Assembly (NCBI RefSeq): GCF_006345805.1
Contig: NW_021833753.1
Span: forward strand, 7,263 to 71,262
Direction: 5' to 3'
Length of the DNA stretch: 64,000 bases
Source of the DNA: Octopus sinensis
Lineage: Eukaryota
Positions 53,795 to 64,000 of the stretch are shown here, one piece after another (positions within the stretch are counted from its first letter, which is position 1; each line of letters starts with the position of its first letter). Under the pieces are notes generated by a model. It did no database searches. It was not told where the DNA came from and saw only the letters and a program-made list of their open reading frames with translations. A program made the position numbers and the translations under genes.

Positions 53795-54090
53795 GTTGTT
53801 GTTGTGTTTCTGTTGATTCAATTAGGAATGCTATGTTATGCCTATGTATATACATGTTTCTATATCTGTATGTCTATATAAGTATGCATATGTATGTATG
53901 TATGTATATATATACATATATGTATGCATTGTTTGCGAAGAATTGGCGCGATGAATGCAAAATGCATAACATAATGCAAGCAAAATGAAATCATTCCAAC
54001 TTCTCTTAGATTCTTATTGAAACACTATCGATATGTTCTCTCGGTGTTGTAGCGTATAGCGTAAATGCGGGAAACGTATATATTAGATAC

Positions 54091-54340
54091 CTATTTCTTT
54101 ACTACCCACAAGGGGCTAAACACAGAGAGGACGAACAAGGACAGGCAAACGGATTAAGTCAATTATATCGACCCCAGTGCGTAACTGGTACTTATTTAAT
54201 CGACCCCGAAAGGATGAAAGGCAAAGTCGACCTCGGCGGAATTTGAACTCAGAACGTAACGGCAGACGAAATACCGCTAAGCATTTCGCCCGGCGCGCTA
54301 ACGTTTCTGTCAGCTCGCCGCCTTCGCCAGCTCGCCGCCT
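54091..54340 (-). mobile_element. Full-length SINE family A with a duplicated 5' head
   Basis: Near-consensus copy; cagctcgccgcctt occurs twice in tandem (~54311-54341). Confidence 0.9.
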
Positions 54341-54404
54341 TCTTATATATTAGATACCGTCATTGTGAGATCACATCTGAGGAAATATTTAACTAGTGGT
54401 GGTG

Positions 54405-55745
54405 ATAATTATTATGGCCGGACTGCAGGAATAGAGTCCATTTGCCACACTTCCCGATCCATTTTCACTACCTTGTTGGCCTGGATATATTAAAGGGCAG
54501 TATTAAAGTGGTTTCAACAAGACATATCTGGATGCTTGCAGATGAGAGTGGCAGGAATAAAGTCCATTTGCCACACTTCCCGATCCATTTTCACTACCTT
54601 GTTGGCCTGGATATATTAAAGGGCAGTATTAAAGTGGTTTGAACAAGACATATCTGGATGCTTGCAGATGAGAGTGGCAGGAATAAAGTCCATTTGCCAC
54701 ACTTCCCGATCCATTTTCACTACCTTGTTGGCCTGGATATATTAAAGGGCAGTATTAAAGTGTTTCAACAAGAACATATCTGGATGCTTGCAGATGAGAG
54801 TGGCAGGAATAAAGTCTTTGCCACACTTCCCGATCCATTTTCACTACCTTGTTGCCTGGATATATTAAAGGGCAGTATTAAAGTGGTTTGAACAAGACAT
54901 ATCTGGATGCTTGCAGATGAGAGTGGCAGGAATAAAGTCCATTTGCCACACTTCCCGATCCATTTTCACTACCTTGTTGGCCTGGATATATTAAAGGGCA
55001 GTATTAAAGTGGTTTCAACAAGACATATCTGGATGCTTGCAGATGAGAGTGGCAGGAATAAAGTCCATTTGCCACACTTCCCGATCCATTTTCACTACCT
55101 TGTTGGCCTGGATATATTAAGGGCAGTATTAAAGTGGTTTGAACAAGACATATCTGGATGCTTGGCAGATGAGAGTGCAGGAAAAAGTCCATTTGCCACA
55201 CTTCCCGATCCATTTTCACTACCTTGTTGGCCTGGATATATTAAAGGGCAGTATTAAAGTGGTTTGAACAAGACATATCTGGATGCTTGCAGATGAGAGT
55301 GGCAGGAATTTGCCACACTTCCCGATCCATTTTCACTACCCTGTTGGCCTGGATATATTAAAGGGCAGTATTAAAGTGGTTTGAACAAGACATATCTGGA
55401 TGCTTGCAGATGAGAGTGGCAGGAATAAAGTCCATTTGCCACACTTCCCGATCCATTTTCACTACCCTGTTGGCCTGGATATATTAAAGGGCAGTATTAA
55501 AGTGGTTTCAACAAGACATATCTGGATGCTTGCAGATGAGAGTGGTGCAAACACTGACGAGATCCTTGCACTTGTATTTGCCTGATCTTCTCTCTAACTT
55601 CCGGCTGGTTTCCAAAAAGGCATTCGTTTGTTATATGTTGGGGTCCATTAGAGCGATTCGTAACATCCTTATGTAGCGTCCATTTATCCCGTTTGATAAT
55701 TTCTTTGTCAGTGTTTGTGTTTCAAAGCCATATGATAGAACTTAT
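54405..55745 (-). mobile_element. RTEX/RTE-like LINE 3' fragment whose terminal 126 bp are tandemly amplified
   Basis: Reverse translation VLSYGFETQTLTKKLSNGINGRYIRMLRIAL / QHITNECLFGNQPEVREKIRQ...HSHLQASRYVLLKP / MDREVWQ. Confidence 0.75.
54425..55545. repeat. 126-bp tandem repeat, ~8.9 copies
   Basis: gtccatttgcc at 54436, 54562, ~54688 and onward; near-identical units. Confidence 0.95.
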
Positions 55746-56328
55746 AAGAATAATGATTTGGATAAGAAACAACATCATCGTGATGATAATGCTTTTGATT
55801 TTGTATTAATTTCATGAACAAATTAACGAGGTAGAGCACAGACGGAACCGTTTACAATCGGAAGAGTATTCAAATAGTTTTGTTCTGCAATATTCTTTAA
55901 TATAAAGTAAACAACAGACAGTATAGCGTTAGAAAACACCTCCATTTGCGCTTACGTGTTAAAAAATAGATATATCGAATCCATACGAGTGATAAAATTT
56001 TGCTGCCGACTGTTAAATCTTTTTATGGTTTTTAAAGATATATTTAAATATACATATACCAACACGTGCACGCGTATACAAATACACAAATAGTTTTTCG
56101 ATACAGCGGCAAAAGTTGTTGTTTAAATCTATTTCAATTAAATAATATGATGCCTACCTTTATGCACATATGTAGGTATATGCAAGTATATATTTGTACA
56201 CCAATAGCTATGTCCGCACAAATATACATACATACATGCATAGATACATACACACATACCTACAGACATACATACATACATACATACATTATATATATAT
56301 ATGCTCATGTTGTATATATATATATACA

Positions 56329-56360
<32 letters not shown>

Positions 56361-56367
56361 TACACAC

Positions 56368-56409
<42 letters not shown>

Positions 56410-57438
56410 TATATAGTGTGTGTGTGTGTTTCTCTCTCTCTCTCTGTATTTGTATATATTTGTGTAATTATAGGTTATATATATTTTTTTTTTTATGCAT
56501 ATAATATATATACATTTCTATATATATATGCATATATATATGTATATTATATATAATTATGTATATGTACATATATATATATATACATATATATATGCAT
56601 ATTATATATATTATATATATATATATATATATACACATATATATGCATGTAGGTATGTGTGCAGATTTATGCATTTACATATGCATATATAAATATATGT
56701 ATATATATATATGTGTGTGTATGTGTGTGTGTGTTTGTGTGTAGATGCATAAGATCCACCTGCACTGATAAGGGATTGCTAGATATTCAGAGCATTCTAT
56801 ATATACTTTACCAAACAAAGCAGCTCGAAAGTTTTCTCTTTTATATAAACGTCAAGAATTTCGTTGATGTATTTCTGTGGTATTGTTGCCAAATCTAGGC
56901 ACAGAGATATATCCATAATACGTTATACACAATCAACGTACTTGCGCACGTGTGTATGCATGTATTTGTTTGCGACTCTCATATGTTGGTGAGGAAAATG
57001 TATGTATGTATGTATGCATATTTATATATGTATGTGTGTGTGTGTATGTATGTATATGTGTGGTGCGGTGTATTTGTTCTTCTATGTTTGCCTGCATTTG
57101 TTATCATCCGTATGCAACGTGTTTGTATGTGAGTTACTTATAAGAATATAATCGCACAATGCATGTGTTAGCCAGATTATTTAGATATATATTTATGGAT
57201 ATAAAACATGTGTTTACGCTATCTATACATGCACGCACGCACACACACACACTTTCTCACACACATTTGCACTCACAACATACATGAATACGTTCACATG
57301 CACACACATATATACACTTATACGCAGCATATATATATATATTTGTGTATTTTGCATGAGTGCATCTGTATATGCATATGTATATGTATATAGATCTGCA
57401 TATTCATATAAATGTACATATATAAATGCGTGTGTGCG

Positions 57439-57474
<36 letters not shown>

Positions 57475-57620
57475 ATATATATATATGTAACATATATTAT
57501 ATATATATGTTATGTATATATATGTATATATATATATATATACATTTATATATTTACACATATATGTAGTATGTACACACATACCTCTCTCTCTTTCTGT
57601 ATATATATGCACACACATAC

Positions 57621-57658
<38 letters not shown>

Positions 57659-58417
57659 GTATATATATATATATGTATACATGCAGAGAGTGAGAATGCA
57701 GTAAGTGGTAAAGTACATATACAACTCTGAATCTCTCCGTCACTCACTCGTACACAACGTGAAATCAAATTTATCTTTACAATCTTAAATGTCTTCAAAT
57801 CTTGACATAGTACAAGCAGATAAATTTGTCTCTTTAAATTCTATTTGTTCTGTTCTTCCTTTATTTTTTTCGCCGTGAACGACCCACATATTATACAATT
57901 TACCAAACATTTAGATTCTACTGCTCACCATTGTTTATACATTTGTTATATATTCTTGACAACGGGTTTCGAATCTCGTTTGAAGTGATTTTTATAAAGT
58001 TCTTATATATTATACGCTCTTCCTGTCATTTTTACAGGCGTTTGACAACTTCCAGCTACATCCACTTAATTCTTCAAGCTAACAGAAATTTGTACCCTGC
58101 CTAGCCGCCATCTGGTCGCGCTATGTGCTAGAAATAGAGCACACTTAACCGTTGGTACGTTTCTTAATATCTTAACCAGTGGATCTCAACAACGTTTGAT
58201 TTTTCGTCTCTGAATGCGTTCGGTTCCGATTTTACTCCAGATCTGAGGGACTCATAGTCATTCGATGTCTAATATTTCGTATTATAGTTTTATGCTAAAA
58301 TATTATTAGGAATTATATAAAAAAAACCTGCTTAAATATTCTCTGTATTGTTTAATGCATAGATATAAATAATTTACTTGATGCATTGTATAATATATAT
58401 AAATGCATATATTGCAA

Positions 58418-58648
58418 GGCGGCGAGCTGGCAGAAACGTTAGCACGCCGGGCGAAATGCGTAGCCGTATTTCGTCTGTCGTTACGTTCCGAGTTCAAATT
58501 CCGCCGAGGTCGACTTTGCCTTTTATCCTTTCGGGGTCGATAAATTAAGTACCAGTTACGCACTGGGGTCGACGTAATCGACTTAATCCATTTGTCTGTC
58601 CTTGTTTGTCCCCTCTGTGTTTAGCCCCTTGTGAGTAGTAAAGAAATA
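58418..58648 (+). mobile_element. Full-length, young SINE family A
   Basis: Consensus-like; 18-bp flanking direct repeat AATATATATAAATGCATA at 58392-58409 and 58645-58662. Confidence 0.9.
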
Positions 58649-59859
58649 TATATAAATGCATAAGACGGCAAACTACAGATTCGTTAGCGCGTCTGGCAAT
58701 AATGTTACGCCCCGAGTTCAAATTCCGCCGTCGGTGACTTTGCATTTGATCCATTCGGGGCCAATGAAAATAAGTACAAGTTGATCGCTGGTCCATGTTA
58801 TCTGCTTAACCCTCCCCCGCACTTGATAGGGTTGTGCTAAAATTTGAAACCGTTATATACACATAAATTTTAACAACAAAATATTTCATAGATCCCCAAG
58901 GGTGATAATGGCCCATGTTGCGAACCACTAATTCTGAACTAATAAATAGTCATATTGCATTGTTCTATATATACAAAAATTTGCACAACACTTTTGGTTG
59001 GAAAGCATTTCACCACTTGCGTGTGTCTTCCTGATGCGGATTGTCTGGTACTACATAACCAAATGGAGACTACTGTGCTTCAAGGTTTTGAATGTAGAAA
59101 TAACAGTAGAAATAACAGGCAATGTTCTACTTAAGTATATACTGCAGACTCGAAGAACTAAGAGATAAGGTAAATCCTCCGCTGTTACCTGCGAATGATT
59201 TATATTTTGGTAACATACAACATAACATAGGCGGCGAGGTGGCTGACTCAGTAACATGTCGGGCAAAACGCTTAGCAGCATTTCGTCTATCCTTACGTAT
59301 TGAGTTCAAATTCCATCTCGGTCGACTTCGCCTTTTATCCTTTCGAATTTTTAATAAAATGAATACCAGTTGAACACAGGGATCGATGTAATGAACTTAC
59401 TTCCCTCTTCAAAATAGCTGGCATCGTACCAAAATATGAAACTAGTATATACGGTTCTTCTGTTAATTGCCTTACGTTTATATGTAGTCCTGATCAGACA
59501 ATGACTCACTCTCGATTGCCCAACTTGTACTCTAACGGCATATTCGTGATATGAGACCAGGTAGGAGAAGGAGTTATAAGAGTTAGTGGCTGGTAATAAT
59601 TTTAAGCAAAGAAAATCGACTTAAAACGATGTCAAGGAATCAATCGCGCTACAACGTTCCAAGAGTAAAATCTGCAAAATTATAAACGTAAGCTGAAGAC
59701 AATTGCAACAAAGTCGCTGACATTCATTCATCGATATATACTCTGATAAATAAATAAAAAGATAAGCAGCACATGAAAAAATTAGGTTATACAAATTGAT
59801 TATAGTCGGAATGTGCTTCCGTATATCGGGAGAGAATACCGATTGTGTATGATCGTTCT

Positions 59860-60112
59860 ATCTATATCTATCCGCTCAGTCGAAGTCGACTCTCGGTTAC
59901 TCCATGGATCAGTGTCCTCCAGTCAGTTCTATCCTGGGCCGCTTCTTTCAGACTGGCTATGTCCATTCCGGTATCACTCTTGATGGTGTTAAGCCAGCGG
60001 GTTCTTGGTCGGCCTCTTCCTCTCTTGCCACTGACCATTCCAAGCATGATGTCCTTCTCCAGGGATGTTCTCCTCATAATATGACCAAAATATGCCAATC
60101 TATGCTTGGTGA
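59860..60112 (-). mobile_element. RTE-BovB-like LINE 3' end
   Basis: YFGHIMRRTSLEKDIMLGMVSGKRGRGRPRTRWLNTIKSDTGMDIASLKEAAQDRTDWRTLIHGVTESRLRL is the canonical RTE C-terminus. Confidence 0.9.
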
Positions 60113-60355
60113 TCGTTATGATCGTTATGACATGGTATATTTTGTTTCCTTGTATTCGACAAAATTTGATCTTGTGATAATGACCCCGCGTAACATATTA
60201 GAGAAGAACTATGTCAATATGTAATTCCTAAATGAACATACAAAGACAACGTACCTTAGATATGTTTTACAACACAAGATCACATTGCATCGAAAGTATA
60301 TGTGTTCGTGTGTGTGTGTGTGCGCGTGTGTGTATGTATATATATCTAAATATAT

Positions 60356-60502
60356 ATGGCGTTAGGAATGGCATCCAGCTGTAGAAACTCTGCCAAATCA
60401 AGATAGGAGACTGGTGCAGCCATCTGGTTCGCCAGCCCTCAGTCAAAATCGTCCAACCCATGCTAGCATGGAAAGCGGACGTTAAACGATGATGATGATG
60501 CT
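60356..60502 (+). mobile_element. SINE/LINE 3' tail ending in (GAT)n
   Basis: ggcatccagctgtagaaactctgccaaatc...cccatgctagcatggaaagcggacgttaaacgatgatgatgatg; recognised as a common retroposon 3' end, family not verifiable here. Confidence 0.55.
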
Positions 60503-61611
60503 GATATATATATGTGTGTGCAAATACATATATATATATTTATATAATGTGTGTGTATATATATATTCATATAATGTGGGTATATATATATATTCATATA
60601 ATGTATATATATATATATATATATATAGCTAAAGTTATATTACCACAGATACTCGTACCACCCCACCATTGACAACAATAATAAAGGTGATGATAACGGC
60701 GATGATCATAATTGAAATGTAAAAATCGCTGTGAAATGTTCTTTACATAATTTCTAAAAGAAGCCAAACAATTACTGCTTTGGCCAGGCTCAAAATACAG
60801 GTCTCCTGACATGTTCAACAAAACTGTGACACCTAAAAAACACCTATCAACTTCAGTAATTTAGTAAAGCTACACACTGATTCGTCAGAATACAGCTTGC
60901 AAAACTTAAAATTCTTAAGCCTATACAAATGTATTTAGGGCACACATTTTAGCCATGTCACTTACAGTTGTAAATTGTAAAACATAACTGTCAGCACTGC
61001 TATATAAACCTGAAGATTGCTTAGTTTAATGCATGAAAGTACTAGTTCACTCTGAATAGAGAGTTAATATAATATCATTTCATTACATTATCTTATGTTA
61101 TATTATACTGTTCCAAGATTGTAAATAAAATGTGAAACTCAAACAAGTTGGAATTCCTTTGATTAACACATATATATATATAGAAAGAGAGAGAGAGAGA
61201 GAGATAAATAAATCGATAGATAGATAGATATTGATATATACATATACATACTTACACACACACATACACACACATACACACACACACACACACATGTATA
61301 TACACACACACACAGGCAGATAGACAGATATAGATATAGATACACACAACACAGACACATGCACACACACACACACGCACACACACATCTATATATATAT
61401 ATATCTGTAAGCATGAACATGCGCCTGTACATATTCCCAATGTATCTCATCCGAATTATCGGCTAAAATATATAACGCAACTTTATACGTATCTGTTCAT
61501 TCTTCTCTCTATCTTTGCGTGTATGTGTATGTGTGTGTCTGTGTGCGTGCTATGTGTATTGAGCATGTAGGTATGTCAGTGTGTGTGCATGTGTGTACAT
61601 AATGTGTGTGA

Positions 61612-61659
<48 letters not shown>

Positions 61660-62496
61660 CTCTATCAGATGTTTTAACACTATTGCATTCCATCCTTTAT
61701 CCCCATCAATGTCTAATTTAATTCATCGGTTTTTAACTCGAAGACCTTGTAAGATATTAGCTAAATATAGCATAATCTGGTTTTAGCTTTCCTGCCACGC
61801 TCTGCCGTACAGTTTCCATTTTCGGACAATGCTTCAATGTGCATCAACCAATATGTAACCAACTCCTCCATCTTTTCCTTCTTCCTCGCCCCTTGATTTT
61901 CTCCTCCATTTTTCCCCAGACCAACGCCCGCAATCTCTGTAACACGTTCTTGAGATAGAGTCTTGTTTGTTTATGTGTACAGATGCGTGTTCGACTGAGT
62001 GTGCGCTCATACATATTTATATATGTACGCATGCATATACGTATATACGAATGGATGAATGAATGTATGCATGCATGTATTATGTATGTATGCATGCATG
62101 TATGTATGTATGTATGTATGTATGTATGTATGTATGTATGTATGTACACATCACGTACTTTCTATGGACATATATATATATACACATGTCTATATGCTCG
62201 TACATACGTAAACGAGTTTATGTACATGTGTATATATGTATGTATATATGCGTATATATATGTATATATATACATGTTATAATCATGTGTGTACTTATAG
62301 TTGTGTATATGAATAGACATATACATATACACTATATATATATACTTATATCTACTTCTGTATTTCTGTATGTATGTGTATATACACATATATATGTATA
62401 CATGCATACACACACACACATACACACATATATATCTGTATATATATCTGTATATATATATATGTATATATATATATACAGAGAGAGACAGAAACA

Positions 62497-62533
<37 letters not shown>

Positions 62534-62879
62534 CCCTCTATACCTATACGTATACATATACACACGCGCCTTAGTACGCCTGTGGTGATACGCTATGCTT
62601 ATATTGCGTATACTCGTGTCCACATGCCTGCATGGTGTGCACCGGTTCTTCTGCCGTTGCATGTTTGCAGCAGTTGCTACCAGTTTAGACTGGAGATTTC
62701 AATTCTAATAGTTCTGATGGTTGTTTCGTGTTTACAAGCCAAGCCGAGCCAACTCTATCTCACACCTCATGCAAACATGTCAGAATCATCGACGGCGTCG
62801 TTCACTTACATTGTACAAACTAATGGATTGCATATTAAAGCGAACGACATTGCCATTGCTTCTGCCTCTTCTTCTTCCT

Positions 62880-63784
62880 GTTGATCTTTCCTACTTTACT
62901 TGCAACGTCCTTCTCGTTTTCTTTCCTTGACTTTCCTTGACTCTTGTTGCTCTTGCTGTTGTTCTTCATAGTTATGTTGTTCTTGTTAGTGTACGTGTTG
63001 TTAGTGTCTCCTGTTATCCTCTTCTTCTTCTTCATCTTCTTCTTCTTCTTCTTCTTCTTCTTCTTCTTCGTCTTTTTCTTCTTCGTCTTCTTCTTCTTCT
63101 TCTTCTTCTTCTTCACCTCCTCCGCCACCACCACCTCCTCCTCCTCCTCATCCTATTACTTCTTGTTCTTTCTTTTTCTTCTTCTTGCTCTTCTTCTTCT
63201 TCTCAACCTCCTCCCCTTCCTCATCCTATTATTTCTTGGTTTTTCTTCTTCTTTATCTTCTTCTTCTTCTTCTTCTTCTTCTTCTTCTTCTTCTCCTCAT
63301 CCTATTATTTCTTGATCTTTCTTCCTCTTCCACTTCTCCCCTCTTCATCCTATTACTTCTTGTTCTTTCTTTTTCTTCTCCTTCTTGCGTTTCTTCTCCT
63401 CCTCCTCATCCTATAACTTCTTGTTCTTTCTTTTTCTTCTCCTTCTTGCTCTTCTTCTTCTCCTCCTCATCCTATTACTTCTTGTTCTTTCCTACTTCCC
63501 CTTCCTCTTCTTCTCCTCCCCATCCTATTCTTGTTCTTTTTTTCTTCTCCTTTTTGCTCTTCTCTTCTTCTTCTTTTCTTCTTCTTCTTCTTCTTCTCCG
63601 TCTCATCCTATTACTTCTTGTTCTTTCTTTTTCTTCTTCTTCTAATTAGTTTTTGAAGAGTCTTTCCATCCTTCTTCTTCTTCTTCTTCTTCTTCTTCTT
63701 CTTCTTCTTCTCCCCTCCTCCACCCCATTCCACTTCTGCAAATACTCGTTTTACTACTGCTTTCTCCCCTCCTCCCCTTCCTCT

Positions 63785-63820
<36 letters not shown>

Positions 63821-63830
63821 CTTTTATCTT
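62880..63830. repeat. (CTT)n-rich low-complexity region with a recurring CATCCTATTACTTCTTGTTC motif
   Basis: Eight motif occurrences between 63149 and 63620. Confidence 0.88.
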
Positions 63831-64000
63831 AGTCACGGTTGTTGTGTGTACTTTTAATCCTACTTATCCTCTCTCTTACCGACTCACAATCCTCTCTCCC
63901 AAACATGTCATAACATTCCTCTCTCTCTCCATCTTACTTACTCTCTCTATTTCACTACCGTGACTTCCTACACCTGACACTATCCGTGTCTTCTCGTATA

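Noticed and set aside
54442-55585. 42-aa repeat ORFs (PHFPIHFHYLVGLDILKGSIKVV...)
   Set aside because: This is the antisense frame of an amplified LINE fragment, and five of nine units carry an in-frame TGA.
55553-55600. CTGACGA-GATC...GATC
   Set aside because: There is no GAAA, and it lies within the LINE coding remnant.
59148-59169. Possible 22-nt micro-exon (cag|ACTCGAAGAACTAAGAGATAAG|gtaaat)
   Set aside because: It is too short to distinguish from chance without RNA data.

Overview
AT-rich, repeat-saturated, non-coding eukaryotic DNA. The SINE set and the density of (TA)n/(CA)n/trinucleotide microsatellites suggest an octopus (coleoid cephalopod) genome; this is recognition, not a database result. 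No host protein-coding gene can be supported, and nearly all listed ORFs are microsatellite read-throughs. The window holds three or more tRNA-derived SINE families, 3' fragments of CR1-, RTE-, RTEX- and R4/Dong-like LINEs, Helitron remnants and two MITEs. The main signal is two unrelated tandem arrays embedded in (TA)n: ~535-bp units at 12.06-13.83 kb (with an inverted arm) and ~555-bp units at 45.57-47.45 kb. Every complete unit carries a type I hammerhead ribozyme motif with a palindromic minimal stem III. This is the architecture of retrozymes or Penelope-like pLTR arrays and predicts self-cleaved ~535-560-nt RNAs that may circularise. Also notable: a 126-bp satellite amplified from a LINE 3' end, R4/Dong fragments stacked in (TAA)n, a phased A4T4 tract predicted to be curved, and a 1.25-kb tandem duplication. 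Scattered 1-bp indels between repeat copies suggest long-read consensus error, so copy numbers need read-level confirmation.
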